A stretch of DNA of 59,872 bases from the IMG/VR virus record IMGVR_UViG_3300024231_000697, positions 1 to 59,872 of that record, one strand, 5' to 3'. Source of the DNA: a virus. Taxonomy: Duplodnaviria > Caudoviricetes. The number at the start of each line of letters is the position of its first letter. Position 1 is the first letter of the stretch. The notes beneath the pieces are model-generated. The model searched no databases, was not told the DNA's origin, and worked only from the letters and a program-made list of their open reading frames with translations. Made by a program: the position numbers and the translations under genes. Shown in pieces: positions 37,431 to 46,716 of the stretch.

Positions 37431-38137
37431 TAAAAACAAAATATTGTTTTGATGTAGATGGAACACTCACTCCTAGTAGACAAAAAATGGATAAACGCTT
37501 TGCCGTATGGTTTAGTAAGTTTTGTGAAAGAAATGACGTTTATTTGGTTACAGGAAGTGATAGGCCTAGAACTATTGAACAAGTTGGCGAATGTATATAC
37601 AATACATGTACTAGAGTATATCAATGTAGTGGTGGCCAAACATATAAAGGAGATTTATGCGTAGAATCTTCTGATTGGACATTGCCAATATCTGCTAGAA
37701 ACTGGTTGGAAAATCAATTAGAGGAAAGTGCATTTGATATGCGTACTGGCAATCATATTGAGCAACGACCTTGTATGGTAAACTTTAGCATAGTAGGCAG
37801 AGGTGCTAGTATAGAACAACGTGAGGCATACGTAAAGCATGATACTGAAACTGGAGAGCGTGGCGTTATTAGAGATTTATTTAATGAGCAATTTCCACAA
37901 CTACAAGCCACAGCAGGTGGCGAAACTGGACTAGATATAGGACCAGTTGGCAGTGATAAAAGTCAAATACTTAAAGACTTTTCACTTAACGATAAAATTA
38001 TATTCTATGGCGATGCTATACAACATGGTGGTAACGATTTTCCGCTAGCAAGTGCCTTAGAAGACTATCCCAATAGTCACTCAGTCCACGTAAAAGGATG
38101 GGAAGATACATGGGATATTCTAAAGGAAATAAAGTAA
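37427..38137 (+). CDS. HAD IIB phosphomannomutase-like (eukaryote-type PMM) protein
   Basis: FDVDGTLTPSRQ, VTGSD, NFSIVGR, GGETGLDI, FYGD...GGNDFP. Confidence 0.8.
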   Translation: MIKTKYCFDVDGTLTPSRQKMDKRFAVWFSKFCERNDVYLVTGSDRPRTIEQVGECIYNTCTRVYQCSGGQTYKGDLCVESSDWTLPISARNWLENQLEESAFDMRTGNHIEQRPCMVNFSIVGRGASIEQREAYVKHDTETGERGVIRDLFNEQFPQLQATAGGETGLDIGPVGSDKSQILKDFSLNDKIIFYGDAIQHGGNDFPLASALEDYPNSHSVHVKGWEDTWDILKEIK

Positions 38138-38138
38138 A

Positions 38139-38639
38139 ATGATTAAAGCAATTATGGCATGCGATGCACAAGGTGGTATTGCGAAGAATGGAACATTGCC
38201 ATGGGATAAAAATCCAAAAGATTTAGCATGGTTTAAAAAACAAACTGCAGGTTCAGTAGTTATTATGGGAAGCAAGACATGGGATGACCCGGTTATGCCT
38301 AGTCCACTTCCTGGAAGAATTAATGTAGTGGTTACTAGTGATCCAGAAGAACACCCTGGCGCAGACCATTATATAAGTGAAAATTTGCTTGAAGGAATTG
38401 AAGACATAGCAAACAAATATAATAAAAAAGATATATGGATAATTGGCGGAGCAAATCTATTCACACAAGCTACGCCAGTAATTAGTGAAGTATATTTGAC
38501 TATTATGGATGATCAATATGACTGTGATACTTGGATTAACTTAAAAGAAATAAAAAGCATCTTTAGTAATGAGATGGCATCACAGCACGATGAAGGTATG
38601 ACAGTAATGATACTAGAAAGATTTAACGCAGATAAATGA
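38139..38639 (+). CDS. folA: Dihydrofolate reductase
   Basis: GTLPW..DLAWFK, VIMGSKTW, PLPGRINVV, IIGGA. Confidence 0.93.
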   Translation: MIKAIMACDAQGGIAKNGTLPWDKNPKDLAWFKKQTAGSVVIMGSKTWDDPVMPSPLPGRINVVVTSDPEEHPGADHYISENLLEGIEDIANKYNKKDIWIIGGANLFTQATPVISEVYLTIMDDQYDCDTWINLKEIKSIFSNEMASQHDEGMTVMILERFNADK

Positions 38640-39526
38640 AACAATATTTACAAGCACTACAACATATTTTAGACAATGGTGAAGACGTAAGCGATCGAAC
38701 AGGAACCGGTACACGTAGTGTATTTGGCTACCAAATGCGTTTTAACCTATCTCAGGGGTTTCCAGCAGTAACTACAAAAAAACTGTTATGGAAAAGTGTA
38801 GTAGGAGAACTACTATGGTTCTTGGAAGGTAGCACAGACGAACGCAGACTTGCTGAGATTACATTTGGACGCTCACGTGAAGAACTAATTGGCAAGCAAA
38901 CAATCTGGACCGCCAATGCTGATAAGCAAGGCAAAGACTTGGGATATGTAAATGATAACACTACCAAAGCACTAGGGCCAGTTTACGGTCATCAGTGGCG
39001 TAACTTTAATGGTGAACTGTATAATAGCGCACCATATTTACAAGGCACTGATCAAATTAGTTGGTTAATAGAAGAAATTAAAAATAAACCAGATAGTCGA
39101 AGGTTAATACTTTCTGCATGGAACCCAAATCAAATAAATGAAATGGCATTACCTCCCTGTCATACAATAGCACAATTTAGAGTAATGAACGGTAAACTAA
39201 GTTGTCAGTTGTATCAGAGAAGTGCTGATATGTTTCTGGGTGTACCATTTAATATTGCTAGCTATAGTTTGTTTACTCATATGTTAGCTCAAATATGTGA
39301 TTTACAAGTAGGCGAATTTGTACACACAATTGGAGATGCACACATCTATAATAACCATATGGATCAAGTAAAGCAACAATTAGAACGTACTCCTAAAGAC
39401 AAAAAGCCATTTTTAGAAATGCCAAACTTTAGATCTCTGGAGGAGTTAATAAATACACATGTTACTGATTACACCTTGATTGGATATAATCCAATGGACA
39501 GTATCAAAGCACCAATGGCAGTTTAG
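38636..39526 (+). CDS. thyA: Thymidylate synthase
   Basis: DRTGTGT, ELLWFL, GPVYGHQWR, MALPPCH, YQRSADMFLGVPFN. Confidence 0.97.
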   Translation: MKQYLQALQHILDNGEDVSDRTGTGTRSVFGYQMRFNLSQGFPAVTTKKLLWKSVVGELLWFLEGSTDERRLAEITFGRSREELIGKQTIWTANADKQGKDLGYVNDNTTKALGPVYGHQWRNFNGELYNSAPYLQGTDQISWLIEEIKNKPDSRRLILSAWNPNQINEMALPPCHTIAQFRVMNGKLSCQLYQRSADMFLGVPFNIASYSLFTHMLAQICDLQVGEFVHTIGDAHIYNNHMDQVKQQLERTPKDKKPFLEMPNFRSLEELINTHVTDYTLIGYNPMDSIKAPMAV

Positions 39527-39535
39527 GAACTTAAC

Positions 39536-40273
39536 ATGATCAGAATTAACCGCAAAATATTACCAGATTTAGCAAAATTTATTGAAATGCGTTATGGGGT
39601 AAGTTTATTAGACGAAGCGGTTAATCCAGAATTAATGCCTGCATTACTACGCTTACAATATCAGATTGATGAAACAATTTTAGATAATTACTTTGGTTAT
39701 GATAGCAGTAGTGGTGGAACAGAAGGTTATTGGAAGCAACAACTATCTTATGATACTCGAAGAACTGGAGCAGAGTTAGTTAACAGGCTAAAAGAAATGG
39801 GCGACAAAACTGAAATTCTAGATGTTGGCTGTGGTGATAACAAAATGAAAGAGCTAATTGGAGATAATGTATTTGGTATCGATCCATTTAATAATAACGC
39901 AGATGCTAAAATTGGTGTTATGGATATAAAGAGAAATACTGGTAAATGGGACGTAGTATTGTGCCTAGGAAGTATTAATTTTGGAGACGAAGCTACAATT
40001 AGATCACAAGTTATACATGTTGTTAACCAAATTAAGCCAGGCGGTAGAATATTTTGGAGATGCAATCCTGGCATCACGCACGGTCATGATAGAGCAAAAT
40101 GGATTGACTTTTTTCCTTGGACACATGAATTTATGGACAGTCTTGCAGCAGAATACAAATGTGATGTGATAGAAAATGGCTGGGATCACCCTGCAGATTT
40201 TGAAGATATTCGTTGGGGTAACAGACTGTATAGTGAATGGCAAAAGCCAGAAGTAACTTCTTTAGCAACATAA
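39536..40273 (+). CDS. Class I SAM-dependent methyltransferase
   Basis: ILDVGCG, GIDP, DVVLCLGSINFG, IKPGG. Confidence 0.8.
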   Translation: MIRINRKILPDLAKFIEMRYGVSLLDEAVNPELMPALLRLQYQIDETILDNYFGYDSSSGGTEGYWKQQLSYDTRRTGAELVNRLKEMGDKTEILDVGCGDNKMKELIGDNVFGIDPFNNNADAKIGVMDIKRNTGKWDVVLCLGSINFGDEATIRSQVIHVVNQIKPGGRIFWRCNPGITHGHDRAKWIDFFPWTHEFMDSLAAEYKCDVIENGWDHPADFEDIRWGNRLYSEWQKPEVTSLAT

Positions 40274-40311
40274 ATTTTAACTAAATACTACATAATGGGA
40301 GATTATCTAAT

Positions 40312-41571
40312 ATGAGTATTATGAATATAATAAAAATATTTGGAAAAATCAGTTTACTATTAATTGCTATTACATCTGTATCAGTAATTTCTACATCATA
40401 TCATCGCGACATACAAGAAAGAGTTAACAAATTTACAATATCTTTCTGGGAAAATAATCCAAAAGTTGCAGAAGGACTAACTTCTATACACAAGTTAGTT
40501 CTTAATGGTGAACGTTTTGACAAAGAAGCAAGAATAAAAACCACAATAAGTACACACTATAGAAGTGTAGTACTAGTATCAACAAGACCAAAAGAAGGCG
40601 CAAATCCAATGGTATCGGGTAGCGGCGGTGCATTAGGTACTGGATTCTTTATTGAGGAATCAGACACACATGCTTTAGTAATGACTAATCATCATGTAGT
40701 TGGAGATTATATAAAAAATCCAGATAGCGTAGATCTAACAATACAGACAGTTTCAGAGAGATGGCCTTATCCTGCAGAAATGGTTGGATATGACGAAGTA
40801 AGCGACATTGCTATTTTAAAAATAACTAAATTAGAAGATGAAAATTGGCCGTCGCTACCGTTTGCAGATTATAAAAGCATACGTGAGGGCGACCCAGTTG
40901 TAGTTATTGGACATGGTATGAGTATGCCGTGGACAGCAACATCTGGACATGTTACATATAACGGACGTGGTACTAGACCATATAATCTAATGCTACAAGT
41001 AGATGCAGTTGTTAACCAGGGTAACAGTGGAGGTCCAATTATAAGTTTGGAAGGTGAAGTTGTTGGTGTTGCACAAAGTATATTCAGTCCAGGAAGACAG
41101 ATTCCAGGTTGGGATGGTATTGGTTTAGGGGTACACGCAAGACATGCTAAAAAAATAATGGACTATGTAAAAACTGACAAATATAAAGAACAAGGATACG
41201 TTCCTTATGCAGCATTTCCAGTACCAGTTAATAGCTTTGTTTACGAAGATGTAAAAGATATTACTAGAGAAGATAGACATTATATTTACGTAGACTATAC
41301 ACAAGGTGCAACCAGTACTACATACGCTGCACAAGCAGCAGGATTAAAACAAGGTGACGTTATTACTGAAATAGATGGCAAGCGCATGTGGAGTAATTAT
41401 AATATACTATCAAAAACAATATATTCATTTCCAGGAGATGTAATAACATTTAAAGTTATTAGAAGCAATCCAGCAGCAATGGAAAAGCAAGAATTAGAAA
41501 TACAAGTGACGCTTGAAGAAACAAATCACGCAGAATTAATAGCACTTGTTAATAGACGTGGAGGAAGATAG
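40312..41571 (+). CDS. HtrA/DegP-like trypsin protease with PDZ domain and N-terminal anchor
   Basis: GTGF, TNHHVV, SDIAIL, GNSGGP; AQAAGLKQGDVITEIDG. Confidence 0.9.
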   Translation: MSIMNIIKIFGKISLLLIAITSVSVISTSYHRDIQERVNKFTISFWENNPKVAEGLTSIHKLVLNGERFDKEARIKTTISTHYRSVVLVSTRPKEGANPMVSGSGGALGTGFFIEESDTHALVMTNHHVVGDYIKNPDSVDLTIQTVSERWPYPAEMVGYDEVSDIAILKITKLEDENWPSLPFADYKSIREGDPVVVIGHGMSMPWTATSGHVTYNGRGTRPYNLMLQVDAVVNQGNSGGPIISLEGEVVGVAQSIFSPGRQIPGWDGIGLGVHARHAKKIMDYVKTDKYKEQGYVPYAAFPVPVNSFVYEDVKDITREDRHYIYVDYTQGATSTTYAAQAAGLKQGDVITEIDGKRMWSNYNILSKTIYSFPGDVITFKVIRSNPAAMEKQELEIQVTLEETNHAELIALVNRRGGR

Positions 41572-41613
41572 TACATAAATATTATGGGACTACCACTATA
41601 AGGATTAAAACTA

Positions 41614-42195
41614 ATGGAGAACTGGCAACAGGCGGCAGAGCAACGAACTAACACATACAAGTGGACTGATGAAATTCCAAGCGAAGCTGATATAAATGAA
41701 ATATTAGACAATTTACATTTATATTCTCCAAGTAAACAACGCAAAGTAAGATATGAAATTTTAATATATCGTAATGACGATGAGCTTAGACGTAAACAAA
41801 TATATAGAGCCTCTGCTGCAGATTTAACAGATACTGCAAGACATAATCCACAAACACTAGCACCTTGGTTACTACTTTTTAAAAAACGTAACAGTGATGA
41901 AGATTTTAATGATGCTGACATCTTTATGGATTTAGGAATTGCAACAGGAGCTATTATATGGGCCGCCGCAGATAAAGGTATTGATAGTGGTTTGAATAAA
42001 TGTGTAAACTATCCTGATCTAGTAGAAGATGCAGTTGGCTTTATGCCAGAAATGATTATTGGACTAGGATATAAAGCACCTGGACAGAGTTACTATTGCA
42101 CACATTACGAAAAAGAAGTAAGCATACCAGACAGCAATTATGATCAAAAGCCTAACAAGGATGATTATATCAGTTATTGGAGCCACAATGAATAA
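41614..42195 (+). CDS. Nitroreductase-fold protein
   Basis: SPSKQ, NPQTLAP, DLGIA...GIDSGLNKC, IGLGY; CATAAATA at 41574. Confidence 0.7.
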   Translation: MENWQQAAEQRTNTYKWTDEIPSEADINEILDNLHLYSPSKQRKVRYEILIYRNDDELRRKQIYRASAADLTDTARHNPQTLAPWLLLFKKRNSDEDFNDADIFMDLGIATGAIIWAAADKGIDSGLNKCVNYPDLVEDAVGFMPEMIIGLGYKAPGQSYYCTHYEKEVSIPDSNYDQKPNKDDYISYWSHNE

Positions 42196-42928
42196 TTTTT
42201 GGGAAACAAAAAGCCAACAGATTGAAGTTTCGATCACTACTCATTGCCAAGCAAAATGTCCAATGTGTCCACGAACAGAAATGATAGATGATGGTCTTGA
42301 ATTTAAAGTATATCATTCATCCATTGAAAGCTACAAGAAAACTATACATGAGTGGCAAGAGGATCATAGCTCTCTACATAAAAAGGTTGTAATATGTGGC
42401 GACTATGGAGATCCTATGATGCATCCAGATATTGAAGAATATATCAAAGTTACACATGATGCTAATATAGATATATCTATACACACCAATGGCGGTTTAC
42501 GATCCACAGACTTTTATAAACGCATTGGTGAAAACTATAACTGCCTTATAGTATTTGGTATCGACGGCGTAACTGCTGAATCAAATAATTTATATAGAGT
42601 CGATGTTGACTTTAACAAAGCCATGGAAAATATGTTAACATACGCTAAGTATACCATGAATAATTGTCAATGGGACTATCTCATGTTTACATATAATATA
42701 GAAGAATGCAAAGCAGCAATGCAACTAGCGGAAGAACATGGTATTCGTTTTTTTCCTAACATAAACAGACGCAAATGGAAATATAAAATAACTTCAAAAG
42801 AGGATATGGAGACTGCAAAAAAATATATGGAGATGGCTAGAAATTATTCAGGCATATCTAAAATAGTTAACTATGCTGATCCTGATAACAGATATGTTGA
42901 ACTGAGGCGCAAAAATGATAAAATGTAA
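42188..42928 (+). CDS. Radical SAM core (type B) lacking its C-terminal twitch domain
   Basis: CQAKCPMC, CGDYGDPMMHP, HTNGG, GIDG; GGAG RBS before ATG 42188. Confidence 0.88.
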   Translation: MNNFWETKSQQIEVSITTHCQAKCPMCPRTEMIDDGLEFKVYHSSIESYKKTIHEWQEDHSSLHKKVVICGDYGDPMMHPDIEEYIKVTHDANIDISIHTNGGLRSTDFYKRIGENYNCLIVFGIDGVTAESNNLYRVDVDFNKAMENMLTYAKYTMNNCQWDYLMFTYNIEECKAAMQLAEEHGIRFFPNINRRKWKYKITSKEDMETAKKYMEMARNYSGISKIVNYADPDNRYVELRRKNDKM

Positions 42929-43184
42929 AACAAAAAATGTTATCATTGATACTGATAATAGACTATGGCCATGCTGTTGGGTTTTAACTAAATCAGATCT
43001 TTCATTCTATTTGGCTGATGTTGAAAAAAGAGAACCGTTTTGGAATAGTTTAAGCCATCATACTATAAATGAAATTTTAAATCATGAAGTATATACTGAT
43101 CATTTTAATACCAAACATTGGGAAGATGAAGATGCATGTGATCCAATTTGTAAAATTGAATGTACATTGAAAGGTAGCAAATAA
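42915..43184 (+). CDS. Stand-alone twitch/SPASM-like Fe-S domain
   Basis: C..IDTDNRLWPCC...EILNH...CKIEC, matching the C-termini of 21716 and 58798. Confidence 0.75.
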   Translation: MIKCKTKNVIIDTDNRLWPCCWVLTKSDLSFYLADVEKREPFWNSLSHHTINEILNHEVYTDHFNTKHWEDEDACDPICKIECTLKGSK

Positions 43185-44440
43185 TGTCAAATAGTACGTA
43201 TTGTTCATTGCCTTTCAATCATTTAAATATTAAACAAAAAGGAAGAGTATCCTCATGTTGGAGAACTTCTGCTGAAATAGGTAACTTGAATACGCAATCC
43301 CTTGATCAGATATGGAATGACGCTCCTCTACGAGAACTTAGACGACAATTTTTAAATGGCGAAAAACCAAAACAATGCGAAAGTTGTTGGGATATGGAAG
43401 CAGCTGGTATTAGAAGTACACGACTGGGTGAACTAGAAGATAGTGAGAATACAACATATGAACAAGCTAAAGAACAAACTAACTCTAATTACGAAATGGA
43501 TACTAACAGTCTAACTATAATTGAGGTAAGATTTGACAACATGTGTAATTTAATGTGTAGACACTGCTCTCCTGTTTATAGTAGTAAATGGGAACATGTT
43601 CTAAAAAGCGATCCAGAACTTCTTGAAATTTCTGAAGAGATAGGCAACAATCAGACTGGTTGGGACAATCAGTTTAGATTGACTCAGGACACTATAGATG
43701 AAATTGGTCAATTTAAAAATTTAAAACATATAATGGTATCAGGTGGTGAGCCATTATTTCATAGTAAGCACTATGGATTTTTGGAAAACTTACTACCTAT
43801 AGCTCATAATCTTGAAATGAGTTATAGTACTAATTTGTCTTTGTTGCATTATAAAAAATATAGTATAGTTGAATTATGGAAGAAGTTTAGATTCATGGAT
43901 CTTCGTATTAGTATGGATGGTGATGATTGGTGCTATAATTACGCAAGGCCTTTTGGCAAATTATCAATTATTGAAGATAACATTAAAACAGTAACATCAG
44001 AATTAGACAATGCACACATTAGTTGCTCTTGTACTACTAGCTTATTTAATATTACTAGAATACCCCAAATATTTGAATATTTTAATAGTCTAGGAGCATA
44101 CATACATTGTAGTTTGGTGCAAGAACCATTTGCAATGAATCCACAAGCACTACCAGCAGAACTAAAAGAACAAGTTAATAAAGCCTGGGAAGAATGGTTG
44201 CCAACTGCTAGAGATACATTTAAAAAAGCAAACAACTCTCTTGATATTGATAAGCAAGTCAAGTTAGCTACTACGTGGGGAGAATATGTAATGGATTATA
44301 TGAATGGCAAAGATCTATATGAAGAATACTGGAGCGATTGGGTAAAATATGCAAATGCACAGGACAAGTATCATAACACAAATATATTAGATATATATCC
44401 TGAATATACTCCTTATTGGGACAATGGACCAATCAGTTAG
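43184..44440 (+). CDS. Radical SAM protein, N-terminal twitch-like domain (type A)
   Basis: CSLPF...SSC...CESC then CNLMCRHC, SGGEP, YSTN. Confidence 0.9.
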   Translation: MSNSTYCSLPFNHLNIKQKGRVSSCWRTSAEIGNLNTQSLDQIWNDAPLRELRRQFLNGEKPKQCESCWDMEAAGIRSTRLGELEDSENTTYEQAKEQTNSNYEMDTNSLTIIEVRFDNMCNLMCRHCSPVYSSKWEHVLKSDPELLEISEEIGNNQTGWDNQFRLTQDTIDEIGQFKNLKHIMVSGGEPLFHSKHYGFLENLLPIAHNLEMSYSTNLSLLHYKKYSIVELWKKFRFMDLRISMDGDDWCYNYARPFGKLSIIEDNIKTVTSELDNAHISCSCTTSLFNITRIPQIFEYFNSLGAYIHCSLVQEPFAMNPQALPAELKEQVNKAWEEWLPTARDTFKKANNSLDIDKQVKLATTWGEYVMDYMNGKDLYEEYWSDWVKYANAQDKYHNTNILDIYPEYTPYWDNGPIS

Positions 44441-44658
44441 TTAGTTAGTTTGCTTATAAAGTATTCCCATTCAGTATAAGTTTTTTCAACTATCCACTTG
44501 TGTTTGGGTTCAACATTAGTGTAACGTTTTATGTAATAGTAATAAGATAGCCATACCACTTTTCCACTGTCTACTTTTTTTGGAACCCATGCATATTTTC
44601 TAGTTATTTCTGGTTCTTCACTGTGTCTCAAATTATCTAATCCAAAATTTCTACGCAA
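44437..44658 (-). CDS. Small aromatic-rich hypothetical protein
   Basis: YAWVPKKVDSGKVVWLSYY; last gene of the minus block. Confidence 0.55.
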   Translation of the reverse strand: MRRNFGLDNLRHSEEPEITRKYAWVPKKVDSGKVVWLSYYYYIKRYTNVEPKHKWIVEKTYTEWEYFISKLTN

Positions 44659-45332
44659 ACTTGTTCTCTCTTTTTTACCATATAATCACAATCAGGATCA
44701 TCCTTATATTCTATTCTAGTTTTATCAGGATGTGGAACACCAATACCTACAAGCATAAAATTGGTGAACTCTAGGTTTAATAGTTTTTTAAGTGCATAGT
44801 TGTCAAAACATGTACAATATCCTGTACGATATCCAAGCATATTTGCAACTAAAACTAATTGCCCTGAACTAATACCTAAATGTCTATTTTGGTCTTGTTT
44901 AAATCCTGCTATAACCTGTTTTTGGTTACTTCCATCAGAGTTGTTAAATTGCCAAGCATTTTCTTCTACATCATGTTCTTGCATTTCTTGGTCTTCGAGA
45001 AAAGATTCAGACATTTGATCGAAGTCTTTACATTCATATACAAACACTAAGTTTGCTAATGTTTGTGAATTTGTTGCTACAGATTGTACTTTTGTTGTTT
45101 TGCTTCTAACTGTTGCACCTACTGTAAGATCGTGTATTTTGCTTATAATATCTGGGTTAGATACAACCGTTAAATTAAAATAGCTATGATTTTGTTTAGA
45201 TGGCGCTTCAGTTGCCGCATGTATCATGGGATCCAAATGCTCCTGTGGTATAGAAGCGGTTAAATCAAAATTACGATAGCAATGCTGACTGCCTGTTACC
45301 GCCTGTTCTAGTTGTTCTGTTATTTTATCCAT
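44637..45332 (-). CDS. Nitroreductase-fold protein
   Basis: HCYRNFD, APSKQN, NSQTLAN, GISSG...GYRTGYCTC, VGIG. Confidence 0.75.
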   Translation of the reverse strand: MDKITEQLEQAVTGSQHCYRNFDLTASIPQEHLDPMIHAATEAPSKQNHSYFNLTVVSNPDIISKIHDLTVGATVRSKTTKVQSVATNSQTLANLVFVYECKDFDQMSESFLEDQEMQEHDVEENAWQFNNSDGSNQKQVIAGFKQDQNRHLGISSGQLVLVANMLGYRTGYCTCFDNYALKKLLNLEFTNFMLVGIGVPHPDKTRIEYKDDPDCDYMVKKREQVCVEILD

Positions 45333-46492
45333 GTTTTGTCTCCTGGAAATAATGGCATCTGTGTGCCAGGCGCTCGTTTAGGGATCTTACTATCAGCACT
45401 ACTTACACATGAGCGTGTTGTGCAAGGTTTTGGCGCATCAAATAGTTTAAATCCAGTTTCAATATTACCTAACGGCTGATCATGACAGCTATAGCTACGC
45501 TTAACACTGCCATCTGGTTCACGTATAATAATACTACGATAACCTGAACTACATTCCCATCCTTCAAACTGATTAAAGTTAAATGCATTGAAGCGTTCAG
45601 CTTGATCCATGTAATATGGGTCACCAACTTTATCACGGAATTCAATTTGCATATGCCAAGGTACACCAGCACTTTGCTTACGATAATGATCGTCTTTATC
45701 AATTTTAAATTGTGGTTTAGGACGTTCTACTATGTTAGCAATTTTTGATTTTTCTTCAGTGTATGCACGTTGCGGCATGCCATTATGTAATTTCTTTAAC
45801 ATTTCATCTGTGTAACCATCTACGATTTTACTCGCAGTTGGATCACTCTGTGGCTTGAGTGTTACATTGATTCCTTGGTTGTGGAAGAACAATGCATTTT
45901 CCCAATCACGATCAAACCACTCAGGAACCATAACTTGGTTAATAGTAACTTGTACATCATGTTGCTGACAGAAAATTAATTTGTCAGCAAACTCTTGCAT
46001 TTTATCAGGAGTATTAACATGCTCAGTATGCAAACTAGCAGTAATACTTGCTCTATGAAATTTAGCCGCATACTCAACATAAGTTTCATGCCACTTTAAT
46101 GGGCGACTCATATTAGTTGTCATATGTACACTTGTATAATTTGTGTTGTGTGCATCATCTGCTAAATGTTTCAGCATATCTAAATACCCAGGATGAAACG
46201 TTGGTTCGCCTCCACTTAAACTAAAATGGAAACTGTTAAATCCACGTTCACGTGCTTGACGTTTAATCTCATCAATAGTTTTTAAGTTAAGCTCTGTAGG
46301 GCGATGATCTTTTCTATTACTTCTAGCATAAGGCCAACAGTAGCTACAGTTATAATTACAAAATCGACCAAGTAACCAGCTTACTGTAAACATATCACGG
46401 TATAGCATAGTACGTTGTCCTACACGAACTATATCTTCATATGGGGTAGCAGTAAAATCGTACTCGCTCCATTTTAAATCATCATTACTCAT
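45320..46492 (-). CDS. Radical SAM protein with C-terminal Cys domain (type C)
   Basis: CNYNCSYC, SGGEP, MTTN; C-terminal CSSG...SYSC...LGNI...C...C. Confidence 0.9.
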   Translation of the reverse strand: MSNDDLKWSEYDFTATPYEDIVRVGQRTMLYRDMFTVSWLLGRFCNYNCSYCWPYARSNRKDHRPTELNLKTIDEIKRQARERGFNSFHFSLSGGEPTFHPGYLDMLKHLADDAHNTNYTSVHMTTNMSRPLKWHETYVEYAAKFHRASITASLHTEHVNTPDKMQEFADKLIFCQQHDVQVTINQVMVPEWFDRDWENALFFHNQGINVTLKPQSDPTASKIVDGYTDEMLKKLHNGMPQRAYTEEKSKIANIVERPKPQFKIDKDDHYRKQSAGVPWHMQIEFRDKVGDPYYMDQAERFNAFNFNQFEGWECSSGYRSIIIREPDGSVKRSYSCHDQPLGNIETGFKLFDAPKPCTTRSCVSSADSKIPKRAPGTQMPLFPGDKTWIK

Positions 46493-46516
46493 TGGTATTC
46501 TTCCTGTTATATGTAT

Positions 46517-46544
46517 ATAATAGCATATTCTATTAGATAGTCAA
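46517..46544 (-). promoter_or_regulatory. Sigma70-type promoter for 46492
   Basis: Minus strand TTGACT-16bp-TATTAT with TGC extension. Confidence 0.55.
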
Positions 46545-46708
46545 TTAAATTTTTACTGTTTTAGACACAAGATCTGCTTGAGTTATGCCCTTTAAAGTGG
46601 TTTATAGGACTACATCTAGTAGCTAAAAACGTTTTGGCTATCCTATTACACAAATCTATAATTAACTTGCCGTTTAATTGCCCTTAAATTATTTAACTAG
46701 TGTTACTA

Positions 46709-46716
46709 TATTTATA
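46709..46716 (-). promoter_or_regulatory. T4-type late promoter
   Basis: Minus strand TATAAATA overlapping the stop of 46712-47284. Confidence 0.45.

Noticed and set aside
45320-46492. Calling this radical SAM protein QueE
   Set aside because: Longer than typical QueE, carries an extra C-terminal Cys domain and is far from queD/queC; cannot be supported without a search
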